64,000 nt of DNA. Origin: an uncultured Actinomycetes bacterium (GTDB lineage Bacteria > Actinomycetota > Thermoleophilia > Gaiellales > JALYLC01). The position numbers were made by a program, and so were the translations under genes. Where the stretch lies: NCBI GenBank assembly GCA_963696735.1, contig CAVOLG010000006.1, forward strand, positions 3,442 to 67,441, given 5' to 3'. The notes below the pieces were generated by a model. That model was not told the DNA's origin. It did no database searches and saw only the letters and a list, made by a program, of their open reading frames with translations. Below, one piece after another: positions 25,420-34,330 of the stretch (its first letter is position 1; every line of letters starts with the position of its first letter).

Positions 25420-28058
25420 GCGGCAAGCTCCTGCTCGCCGGCGCCGAGCTCCAGGAGAAGCGCGTCCACGACGGCGGGGTCGAGCTGCGCCCCGGCCACC
25501 CGGCGCAGCTCGGCCAGGGCTTCGCCGAGGGGCAGCGCCTTGCGGTACACGCGGTCGCTGGTCATGGCGTGCCAGGTGTCGCACGCGAACACGATGCGCG
25601 CTGCCAGCGGGATGTCCTCGGCGGCCAGGCCGTCGGGGTAGCCGTGGCCGTCCCAGCGCTCGTGCGAGTGGCGGACGGCCGGGGCGATGTTGCGCAGGAA
25701 CCCGATCTGGCCCACGATCCGCGCCCCGTCGACCACGTGACGCTCGATGGTGGCCCGCTCCTCAGGCGTCAGGGCGCCTGGCTTGCCCAGGATCTCCGTG
25801 GGCGTGGCGATCTTGCCGATGTCGTGGAAGATCGCGGCGTACTCGACCAGCCGCGCGTCCTCCTCGGACTGGCCGAGGCGGCGGGACACGGCACCGGCCA
25901 GGGCGGCGAGGGCCCGGGCGTGGTCGCCGGTGTCGGCGTCCTTCGCCTCGAGGGCCGTGGCCAGGGCGCCCACCGTGTCGCGGTAGGCGGCCTCGAGGGC
26001 CACCGCCTGGTGCTCCCGGGAGAGGGCCAGGCCGGCGATGTCGGCCACCGCCACGGCGTGCTCCAGGTCGGCGTGCCCGGGGCCCGAGCGGTCGCGGAAG
26101 CAGAGCTCGATCAGCCCGGCGGACGAGCCGTCCACGGGCACCGGGATGTTGACGAGCGAGCCGAGGCCGAGGGAGCGCAGGTACTCGGCCTCGCACGGCT
26201 CGGCGCCGGGGTCGTCGACGCGGACCGTCATGGGCTCGGCCGACTGCAGCGTCCGGCGCCGGCTCGTATGGGTGGTCAGGTCCGTGGCCTCCGGCAGGGG
26301 CGTGGGGACGAGGCTCGGATCGAGCGTCCGGGACTGGCGGCGGACCAGGCGGTCGGTCTCCGGGTCGTGCTCGTAGTAGCTCCCGCGGTCGGCGGCCAGG
26401 GCGTGCACGAGGCCGTCCAGGAGCGTGACCAGCAGGTCGCTCGAGCCCCCGGGACGCCACGCGGCCCGCTCCAGGGCCTGGGTGAGGGCGGACGAAGGGG
26501 AGCGCGACGGCCGCAGGCGCGGCTGGTACACGTGTGTCCGGCCCCGGCCCGCCCGCTTGGCGGCGTACAGGGCGAGGTCGGCGGCGTGACGAAGCGAGGG
26601 GCCGGAGTCGGCGTGCTCGGGGACGGCCGCGGCGCCGGCGCTGAAGGCCACGCCGACCTCGGCCGCACGCTGGCGCACGGGCTCGAGCACGGCCGAGATC
26701 CCCGCGGCCTCCAGGTCCTCGGCCAAGACCGCGAACTCGTCGCCGCCGAGGCGGAACGTCCGCATGTGCGGCGGGAGCGCGTCGACGAGCGCCTCGGCCA
26801 GGTCGCGCAGCAGCGCGTCCCCCCGCAGGTGCCCGGCCCGGTCGTTGATGGCCTTGAAGCGGTCGATGTCGAGCACGGCCAGCGCCGCCCGCTCGCCGCG
26901 GGAGACGACATCCTCCAGGGCCGAGGCGAAGGCGCGGCCGTTCTCGAGGCCGGTGAGGCCGTCGCGCGTGGCCATGTCGCGGGCCGCCTCCAGGCTCCGT
27001 GCGCCCTCGACGAGCAGCGCCGCCTGGCGGGCGAACAGCTCGAGGCGGCGGATCTTGCCGTCGGACGGCAGCAGCAGGTCCACCGGCTCGTCTACGAGGA
27101 GGAGCCCGAGGGCTGCGCCGCCGCCCGTGGTCAGGGGGACCGCGAGGCTGTGGTGGTTCCACCCGCGGGGGCCGCTGCCGTTCCGCTGCGTGCTGTGCAG
27201 CAGGCGCTGGTCGGCCGGCCGCGACGCCGCCGGCACGAGGTAGGACTCGCTCACGCGGTGGGCCGGTTGCATCATCAGGCGGTACTCGCCGGGCCCCATG
27301 GTCTCTCCGATCAGGCGGCGGCCCACGTCGCCCGCCCCGGCCACCATGACGAGCCGCGAGGCGTCGTCGAAGAGGCCGATGGCCGCCACCTCGAAGCCGC
27401 AGGCCGCGCACACGCCCTCGGCGGCGCGCTCGAGGATCTCGCGCTCCGAGATGCCGGCCGCGAGCGACGCGGACAGGTACGAGAGCTCGGCGGCCTCGTG
27501 CTCGGCCCGCTCTGCCTCGGCGAAGGCCAGGCGCGCCTCGAGCGCGGCCGCGCCCTGCTGGGCGGCGATGGCCAGGGCCTCGAGCCGGTCGGCAGACGGG
27601 TGACGGCCGTCCTCGGGGTCGTCCGCCACGATGATCGCCAGCACCTCGCCGTGCGTGTCGCGCAGCGGGATGCACAGGCAGTCGCCCGGATGCCAGGCAT
27701 CGGGCGTGTCGAGCATGATCTGCTGCTCGATGACCACCGCGCCCTCGAAGGTGTTCCAGAGCGGTGCGTCGTGGGGGACGACGTAGACGCCGTCGCGGGC
27801 ATAGGCCTCGTCGAGTAGGCACAGCATCGACTCGGGGCGGTACGTCTCCCCCAGCAGCGAGCCCACCTGCTCGCCTCCGCCGAACTCGTGCGTGACCTCG
27901 AAGAGGTCGAGCTCCGGGCGCAGGCGGTTGACGACGGCGGTCATGCCGACCGTCGTGTGGACGACCTCGGCCAGCACCACCAGGACGTCCTCGGCGTCGC
28001 GCGCGCCGGCCAGGCGGCGCGCGGCCTCGAGGGCAGCCTGAAGTGGGCGCTGACTCAC
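25416..28058 (-). CDS. GAF-GAF-GGDEF-GAF-HD-GYP c-di-GMP signalling protein
   Basis: DIDRFKAINDRAGH, RLGGDEF, HDIGK, HERWDGHGYPDGL; RBS GGGAG before GTG. Confidence 0.92.
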   Translation of the reverse strand: MSQRPLQAALEAARRLAGARDAEDVLVVLAEVVHTTVGMTAVVNRLRPELDLFEVTHEFGGGEQVGSLLGETYRPESMLCLLDEAYARDGVYVVPHDAPLWNTFEGAVVIEQQIMLDTPDAWHPGDCLCIPLRDTHGEVLAIIVADDPEDGRHPSADRLEALAIAAQQGAAALEARLAFAEAERAEHEAAELSYLSASLAAGISEREILERAAEGVCAACGFEVAAIGLFDDASRLVMVAGAGDVGRRLIGETMGPGEYRLMMQPAHRVSESYLVPAASRPADQRLLHSTQRNGSGPRGWNHHSLAVPLTTGGGAALGLLLVDEPVDLLLPSDGKIRRLELFARQAALLVEGARSLEAARDMATRDGLTGLENGRAFASALEDVVSRGERAALAVLDIDRFKAINDRAGHLRGDALLRDLAEALVDALPPHMRTFRLGGDEFAVLAEDLEAAGISAVLEPVRQRAAEVGVAFSAGAAAVPEHADSGPSLRHAADLALYAAKRAGRGRTHVYQPRLRPSRSPSSALTQALERAAWRPGGSSDLLVTLLDGLVHALAADRGSYYEHDPETDRLVRRQSRTLDPSLVPTPLPEATDLTTHTSRRRTLQSAEPMTVRVDDPGAEPCEAEYLRSLGLGSLVNIPVPVDGSSAGLIELCFRDRSGPGHADLEHAVAVADIAGLALSREHQAVALEAAYRDTVGALATALEAKDADTGDHARALAALAGAVSRRLGQSEEDARLVEYAAIFHDIGKIATPTEILGKPGALTPEERATIERHVVDGARIVGQIGFLRNIAPAVRHSHERWDGHGYPDGLAAEDIPLAARIVFACDTWHAMTSDRVYRKALPLGEALAELRRVAGAQLDPAVVDALLLELGAGEQELAA

Positions 28059-28096
28059 CTCCCAGATATCGGGAGATTTCGCCCGTTGCTTGATGG

Positions 28097-29602
28097 CTAG
28101 ACGGCGGCGATCTCGCGTGCCCGCCCGAGCAGAGCCTGCTCGGCAGCCGCGCTGCGCGCCCGCGCGGCGGCGCTCCACTGGCCGCCTTCCGACAGCGCCT
28201 CCTCGGCCGTGGTCAGCATCGCGGCCATGGCCTCCGGTGCGCAGGAGCCGGGCTGGGGGCGGTGGCGGATGTCCACCGCCGGGTCGAGGGCGGCGGCCAC
28301 GCTCTCGGCGGGAAGGTCCACCGGGTGCCCCAGGACCTCCTGGGCGGCCTCGGCCAGGACGTCGGGCGTCATCGCGATCGGGGGCGCGCCGGCCTCGTCG
28401 AGGTCGCGCACTGCGCGTCCCACCACCTTGTGGGCGCTGCGGTAGTCGAGCCCGCCCTCGAGAGCCAGGACATCGGCCACGTCCGCCGAGGCCACGAAAC
28501 CCTCCCGGGCCACGCGGGCCATCCGCTCGAGGTCGAGCTCGAGCCCGTCGGCCACGGCTGCCGCCAGCCGGGCGACGGCCGCGGCCTCCTCCAGCGCGCG
28601 CGGGACGAGGCCGTTCAACAGGTGGAAGTGGTCGGTCCGGGCCGAGCCGGTGTGCAGCGTGGCGAGCGCCGCGGCCAGGTCCCCGGCCGCCTGGCCGGCC
28701 TGCGTCCGGATCACGGCCAGGGCGTAGGGGTTGCGCTTCTGCGGCATGAGTGCGCTGGCCCGGCTGTGGCTGTCGGCCAGCTGGACGAGGCCGAACTCGC
28801 GGCTGGCGTAGATCTCCAGGTCCTGGCCGAGCTGGCTCAGGTGGGTGGCGGCCACCGCCATGGCCGAGAGGAGCTCGAGGTAGACGTCGGCCTGCCACGC
28901 CGCGTCCTTGGCGTGGACGACCAGGCCCTGGCATCCCAGTAGCTGGGCCAGGCGCTCGCGTGAGACCGGCCAGCGGGACCCGGCGCTGCCGCCGGCGCCG
29001 GCCACGGAGCGCTCGAGCTCGGCGTGCACGGCCCGCAGCCGCCGGGCGTCGCGGAGGGCCGGCTCCACGTAGGCCAGGAGCAGGTGGCCTGCGGTGGTGG
29101 GCTGCGCCGGCTGGAGATAGGTGTAGTCGGCGGCCAGCGCGTCGGCCGTGGCCGTCGCCTTCCGCACGAGCGCCGCGGCCAGGGCTTCGAGCGCGTCGTG
29201 GAGCTCGACCACGCCCTCGCGGGCCACGAGGCGCAGGGCCACGCGGAAGGCCTCGCGCCGGGGCCGCCCGGCGCTCAGCCAGCCTGCCGCCCGCCGGCCC
29301 ACACGGGCGGTCAGCTCGGCCTCGCGCGAGTTGAAGGCGTCGCCGAGCTCGGGCCGCCAGGGAAACTCGGCAGGATCGATGGCATCGAGCTCGAGCAGTC
29401 CCCGGCAGAGCGGCGCCGCGTCCTCGGCGGGGAGGGAGCCGCTCTCGGCCAGGGCCACGGCGTGGGCCATGTCGGCCTGGGAGAGGGCGTGGGCCAGCCG
29501 CGGGCCGTGCGCGATCTCGCGCGCGTAGCCCGCCGCCACCAGCTCCTCGGCGGGGCCGCCGGCGAGCCGGCCGCCGGCCCCCAGGTACTCCGCCCCGGCC
29601 AT
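28097..29602 (-). CDS. Argininosuccinate-lyase-family (fumarate lyase superfamily) protein, non-canonical
   Basis: SALMPQKRNP, YTYLQPAQP, YRSAHKVVG. Confidence 0.85.
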   Translation of the reverse strand: MAGAEYLGAGGRLAGGPAEELVAAGYAREIAHGPRLAHALSQADMAHAVALAESGSLPAEDAAPLCRGLLELDAIDPAEFPWRPELGDAFNSREAELTARVGRRAAGWLSAGRPRREAFRVALRLVAREGVVELHDALEALAAALVRKATATADALAADYTYLQPAQPTTAGHLLLAYVEPALRDARRLRAVHAELERSVAGAGGSAGSRWPVSRERLAQLLGCQGLVVHAKDAAWQADVYLELLSAMAVAATHLSQLGQDLEIYASREFGLVQLADSHSRASALMPQKRNPYALAVIRTQAGQAAGDLAAALATLHTGSARTDHFHLLNGLVPRALEEAAAVARLAAAVADGLELDLERMARVAREGFVASADVADVLALEGGLDYRSAHKVVGRAVRDLDEAGAPPIAMTPDVLAEAAQEVLGHPVDLPAESVAAALDPAVDIRHRPQPGSCAPEAMAAMLTTAEEALSEGGQWSAAARARSAAAEQALLGRAREIAAV

Positions 29603-29680
29603 GGACGCCAAGCGTAGAGGGGTTTGGCGCACCGCTCGCCGGGACACGCCCCTACTCCGTCACCCAGAGGAGAACCTCAC

Positions 29681-29779
29681 ATGCCCGCCCTCACCCTGGC
29701 AGCTCTCGGGACCGGCATCGGGATCATCGGCCTGATCGTCATCGTCCTGCTCGTCATCCTGCTCCTGCGCATCCTCTGA
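29681..29779 (+). CDS. 32-aa single-TM microprotein
   Basis: RBS GAGGAG; MPALTLAALGTGIGIIGLIVIVLLVILLLRIL; GC3-rich codons; absent from the ORF track. Confidence 0.7.
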   Translation: MPALTLAALGTGIGIIGLIVIVLLVILLLRIL

Positions 29780-29840
29780 CAGCCCCCTTGCGCGACCGCG
29801 CCCGGCGCCGTAGCCTGGGCGCGTTCGCGCTGTCTCGCCC

Positions 29841-29918
29841 GAGGAGGTGGTTCCCGTGCATCGCACTGACGTTCGTCCCGCCCATTGCACGGGCGTCCCC
29901 GCCTCCCCCGGCCGCTGA
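29841..29918 (+). promoter_or_regulatory. Putative leader peptide ORF and hairpin upstream of GNAT
   Basis: GAGGAGGT RBS, GTG at 29856, 20 aa; CCCGTGCA/TGCACGGG inverted repeat. Confidence 0.5.
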
Positions 29919-29971
29919 CCGCGGCCGCCGGCGCGCGCGGGCGCCCCTCACCACGAACGAGGGAGCAGCAC

Positions 29972-30922
29972 GTGTCCGTCAGCACGCATGCCGTGCGCCT
30001 GGCCGAGGTGGCCGGCGACGGCGACATCGAGACGTGGGTCGGCGTCGTCGACCGGGTCGACCCACTGGTTTATATGACCGTCGAGCAGGCCGTCCACGGC
30101 CGCGCCAAGAATCCGCAGCGCCTCGACCTCCTGGCCTGGTCGGGATCACGCGCCGTCGGCGCGGCCACCGTCGGGCCCAGCACGTGGGTTCCTGACGCCG
30201 ATCACTGCCATGCGGGGATCTGGGTCGAGGCGGGGAGTCGGCGGCAGGGCATCGGCACCGCCCTCTTCGCCGCGGTGAGCGGCCGCGCGCGGCGCCTCGG
30301 CCGGCACGAGCTGACATTCGAGACGCGCGACGACGACTCCGGCGGCCTCGAATTCCTCCTCCATCGAGGCTTTCGGGAGACGGAGCGGGAGCTCGAGGTC
30401 GAGCTCCCGCTGGAAGGCCTCGAACCGCCCGCCGTCGACCCGCCCGAGGGCATCCGCCTGGTCACCCGCGACGAGCGGCCGGACGTGGTCGACGGGATGT
30501 GGGTGGTGGCCTGCGAGGCCATCCCCGACATCCCCGGCGAGGAGACCATGGCGGCCCGGCCGGACTGGGAGGCCGTCGACATCCATCGGCCCGACCGTCG
30601 GCCCGACCTGTGCGTCGTGGCCCTGGAGGGCGACGTCGTGGTTGGCTACGGGATCCTGGGGGACGACGGGCGTGGGCGCGCCTCGCACGGACTCACCGGC
30701 GTCCGTCCCGCCTGGCGCCGGCGTGGCATCGCCTCGGCCATCAAGCGCCGGCAGATCGGGCTGGCCATCGAGAAGGGCTTCACCACGCTGATCACCGCCA
30801 ACGAGGTGCGCAACGAGCCCATGCGCCGGCTGAACGAACAGCTCGGCTACCGGCCCGCCGGCGCGGTGGTCATGCTCCGCGGGTCGGTCCCTGGGGCGGT
30901 CGGTAGCGGGTCTGCGAACTGA
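29972..30922 (+). CDS. Tandem-domain GNAT acetyltransferase
   Basis: RRQGIGTAL and TGVRPAWRRRGIASAIK..NEPMRRLNEQLGY. Confidence 0.92.
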   Translation: MSVSTHAVRLAEVAGDGDIETWVGVVDRVDPLVYMTVEQAVHGRAKNPQRLDLLAWSGSRAVGAATVGPSTWVPDADHCHAGIWVEAGSRRQGIGTALFAAVSGRARRLGRHELTFETRDDDSGGLEFLLHRGFRETERELEVELPLEGLEPPAVDPPEGIRLVTRDERPDVVDGMWVVACEAIPDIPGEETMAARPDWEAVDIHRPDRRPDLCVVALEGDVVVGYGILGDDGRGRASHGLTGVRPAWRRRGIASAIKRRQIGLAIEKGFTTLITANEVRNEPMRRLNEQLGYRPAGAVVMLRGSVPGAVGSGSAN

Positions 30923-30952
30923 ACTGAAACCCCCCGAACGCGTCGGCGCGGC

Positions 30953-31069
30953 GGCTTCGCCGGTGCGCCGAAGCCACCAGCGTTGGCCGTACGGAACATC
31001 AGCATCGCCCCTGAAGCCGCGGCCCAGAGGAAGGAGGGGGCCAACGGGGGAACCACGGGTTCCCCCGTT
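30953..31069. repeat. Paired hairpins between convergent genes (REP-like element or bidirectional terminator)
   Basis: AACGGGGGAACC-ACG-GGTTCCCCCGTT at 31043-31069; GGCTTCG-N9-CGAAGCC from about 30953. Confidence 0.6.
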
Positions 31070-31070
31070 T

Positions 31071-32107
31071 CTAGCCCCACGGTTCGTTGTACTGGTGGAA
31101 GAACGGGCAGGCCTGGGGCTCGCCGATGGTCACCGCCGGGTTGCCGCCGTCCTGGGCGAAGTGGAGGTGGGCCACGCCGTTGGCCTCGCCCGAGAGGCCG
31201 AGCTGCTGGCCCGCCTGCACCAGCTGGCCCGGCCGGACGTCGATGCGGGAGAGGTGCGCGTAGTAGAACCGCTGAGCGCCGGTGTCCAGGTTGACTCGCA
31301 GGCCCTGCAGACGAGGGTCGGTGGAGTTGAGCGAGCCGATGCCGCTCCCGATCACGCCGGGAGCCACGGCCAGGACGGGCGTGCCGATCGGGCACCGCGA
31401 TGTCGACGGCATCGTCGGAGGCAAGGTTGAACGGCCAGGTGAACGGGCTGTGCGTCGAGCCGATGACGAACGGGCAGCCGATGATCTGGCCGCGGCACGG
31501 CCAGCGGGTACGAGTACCCGAGCCCCCCGGGGTGGGCGAAGAAGACGGCGGAGAGGGCGAGCGGCGAGGCGGCCACCGCCGGGGCCGCGCGGGCCAGGCG
31601 CGATGCGGCGTGGCGGCGGGCCGGGGCCGTGGGCAGGCCGAGCAGGACGTCGGAGCCGGGGCCCAGGGCGCCGTCGGCCCCGGCCAGGTGCAGGCGCAGG
31701 CCGACGAGGCCCGCGCTGCCCGGCGCCACGGCTTCCTGCAGGCCGACGAGGTAGCCGCGCGTCCCGAGGGTGACAAGGGTGTTGGCCCCGACGGTGCGCG
31801 CCTGGCCGTCCACGGTCAGGCCCGTGACGCGGGCGCCGTAGAAGCCGTGGCGGGGGACGACGATGGTGGCTGCCCGCACCTGGCCGCCGAGCAGGCTGAC
31901 GCCCCGCAGCACGGTCTCCCTGCGGGTGGCGGAGACGGACTGCACCCGCACCAGCGAGCCGCTGCCCGGGTAGGCGAACCGTCCCGTGCTGGCAGACGCC
32001 ACGACGACGCCGCCCGGGTCGTGGACCTCGACCGCGGCCGCCTGCGCGGCGCCGGGGAGGACGGCCGCCGCCAGCGCCACGAGGAGGACGACCGCGCCGC
32101 GAGCCAC
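31071..32107 (-). CDS. Secreted M23-family peptidase (frameshifted)
   Basis: Signal peptide; AVDIAVPIGTPVLAV, YYAHLS, GQQLGLSG, HLHF. Confidence 0.85.
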
Positions 32108-32158
32108 GACCGCGAGGATAGCGAGCGCCGCGCCGGCGTCCGGCTAGGGTTCGCGCGC

Positions 32159-32732
32159 ATGCCGGTGACCACCCGGTCCCCGTTCTGGCGGGTTCGCACC
32201 CTCGGGGCAGCGGCCCTCTGTGCCCTGGCCGGCCACGCCGCGCTCTACCGGAGCCTCTGGCCGGGCGGCGGCGCCCACGGCTACCTCGGCTGGTACGAGG
32301 CCGCGCTCGGCGCGGCTGTCGTGCTCGCGCTGGCCGGGCTGGCCGCGCTGGTCGTGATCCCCGGGCCTCCGCCGGCGGCTCGCCGTCTCGCCGGGGCGCT
32401 CCGTCCCGGTCGGCGACCGGGCACGCGTCCTCACCGGCTTCGCCCTGGCCTGGCTCGCCGGCCAGGAGGCCGCCGAGCACCTGACCGCGGGCGGCTCGCC
32501 GAACGTGGCTCCGAGCGCCTGGCTGCTGGCCGTCATCGCCTGTCTCGCGGCAGCCCTCGTCGTGGCCTGGGCCGAGCGGGGCGCACACGCCGTCCTCGCC
32601 GGGACCGCCGCCATTCCGCGCTCGCGGGCCGCGCGGGCGACGGGCCTGCGGCCGCTCGTGGTCCGCTCGCCCCGCCGCCGTCCGATCGCCCTGCACCGCG
32701 CCCTGCGCGCGCCGCCCGCCCTCCTCGCCTAG
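32159..32732 (+). CDS. Membrane protein with C-terminal RAPP motif (one frameshift)
   Basis: AGHAALY..HGYL..QEAAEH, hydrophobic segments, Arg/Pro-rich tail ending HRALRAPPALLA. Confidence 0.7.
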
Positions 32733-32771
32733 GCCACCTCGCGCCCTTCGGGGCGCCGACCAGCGAGGAAC

Positions 32772-33779
32772 GTGACCGTCGATCCGCCCTGCCGCCGGCT
32801 GCGGCCGGCCTCGATCGCCATCGCCACCCTGGCCCTGCTCGCGGGGCCGGCGCCCGCCTGGGCGCACAGCGGCTCGGCCACCGCCGCGGGCGCGAGCTAC
32901 GAGGTCCGCGGCCTGCGCTTCGACCCGCCCGTGCCCGGCCTCCAGGCGCGCGTCATCGGAGGCGACCAGCAGTTGCGCCTGCAGGTTCCCCCCGATCTTC
33001 CGGTCACGGTCCTGGGCGACGAGGGCGAGCCGTTCCTCCGCTTCACCGCCAGCGGGGTGGACGTGAACCTGGCCTCGCCGACGGCTGCCGTCGCCCGCCT
33101 CGGCCCCAAGGGCGCGCAGCCCGGGGCCTCTCGCTGGCGCCACCTCACCAACGGACATGCGCTGGCCTGGCATGAGGGGCGCCTGCGCCCTCGCCCGCTC
33201 GGTGGGGCGCCGGCCTCCGCCCAGCTGGCCGGGGACGTGGCCATTCCGCTGCAGGTGGCGGGCCAGCGCGTCCACGTGGTCGGGCAGTCCTGGTACGCCC
33301 CGGGACCGCCGGTCTGGCCGTGGCTGATCCCGGCCGTGGTGATCGTGCTCGGGACCGCCCTCGTGCTCCTCCGCGGCCGGGCGCCGGTGGCCGCCGGCGC
33401 GGTGCTCGCCCTGGCCCCGCTGGCAGTGGTGGCCACACTGTGGAGCATGGCCGGCATCACCCTGGCCGGCCCGCACTCGGCCCTGGCCTCGGCGGTCGAG
33501 ATCGGATCTGCCGCGCTGCTCGGCCTGGCGGGTCTGGCCTACCTCGGCCTCAGCGGAGCCGGGGCGCGGCTCGGCGGCGCGGTCGTCCTGGGGACGCTCG
33601 CGTGCCTCGAGGCCACGGGGCTCCTCGGCGCCCTGACCCACGGGTTCGTGCTCTCGGCCTCCTCGCCCGACCTGACGCGCGGCGCCATCGCACTGGCCTT
33701 CTGGGCCGGCGTGGGGATGGTGGCCATCGCGGGGGGCGAGCTGGCGCGGGAGGCTCTCACGGTGCGGGGGAGCCGGTGA
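32772..33779 (+). CDS. Exported-domain plus multi-TM hypothetical protein
   Basis: Signal peptide AWA-H, GDEGEPFLRF, AWHEGR, about 5 C-terminal TM segments. Confidence 0.75.
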   Translation: MTVDPPCRRLRPASIAIATLALLAGPAPAWAHSGSATAAGASYEVRGLRFDPPVPGLQARVIGGDQQLRLQVPPDLPVTVLGDEGEPFLRFTASGVDVNLASPTAAVARLGPKGAQPGASRWRHLTNGHALAWHEGRLRPRPLGGAPASAQLAGDVAIPLQVAGQRVHVVGQSWYAPGPPVWPWLIPAVVIVLGTALVLLRGRAPVAAGAVLALAPLAVVATLWSMAGITLAGPHSALASAVEIGSAALLGLAGLAYLGLSGAGARLGGAVVLGTLACLEATGLLGALTHGFVLSASSPDLTRGAIALAFWAGVGMVAIAGGELAREALTVRGSR

Positions 33780-34330
33780 AGGCGGCCGTCATCCTGCTCG
33801 CCGCGGCGGGTACCGCGGCCGGTGGTCTCCCGCCCGGGTACGAGCCGCGGCCCGTAGGCCCCTCGCCCGCGTATCGGCCCAGCGCCGTCGGTCCGCTCGC
33901 GCCGCCGCGTGGACTGCCCTGCGGCAGCGCGCACGGGCGCGGGACTCTCGTCCACGTCGAGCTCTTCGTCCATCGCTACGTGGTCGTGGTGCCCGCGGGG
34001 ATCGGCATTGCCCGTCCGCGCCGCCACGGTGCGTACGTGATCGGAGGCGCCTGCCGCCGGCCGCTGTACACGCTCGAGCCCACCGGCGTCGTCCACGTGG
34101 CGGTAGGCCGGCCGGCCACGTTGGGAGCGCTCTTCGCGGTGTGGCGGATGCCGCTCGGGCCGAAGCGCCTGGCCGGCTTCGGCGGTCAGGGCGTTCGCGC
34201 CTACGTCGGCGGGCGCCGGGTGACGGGGGATGTCCGGCGCGTGCCATTGCGGCCGCACGCCGAGATCGTGCTCGAGCTCGGCGAGTACGTCGCGCCCCAC
34301 CACACCTACGCGTTTCCGGGGCGGCCATGA
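33776..34330 (+). CDS. Secreted hypothetical protein (paralogue of 39691-40422)
   Basis: HVELF..VVPAGIG..PLYTLEPTGVVHV..TLGALFAVW; GTGA overlap with the upstream gene. Confidence 0.7.
   Translation: MKAAVILLAAAGTAAGGLPPGYEPRPVGPSPAYRPSAVGPLAPPRGLPCGSAHGRGTLVHVELFVHRYVVVVPAGIGIARPRRHGAYVIGGACRRPLYTLEPTGVVHVAVGRPATLGALFAVWRMPLGPKRLAGFGGQGVRAYVGGRRVTGDVRRVPLRPHAEIVLELGEYVAPHHTYAFPGRP

Noticed and set aside
25569-27818. Long antisense and alternative-frame ORFs (for example 749 aa here and 856 aa at 31071-33641)
   Set aside because: Shadow ORFs expected at very high GC; they are Arg/Pro/Gly-rich or mirror-codon translations with no motifs.
25416-28934. 1172-aa version of the GGDEF/HD-GYP ORF
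   Set aside because: The N-terminal part is an off-frame read of the lyase gene; an RBS and GTG at 28058 mark the likely start.
28097-29602. Assigning argH
   Set aside because: Key ASL motifs are substituted and there is no arginine-pathway context.
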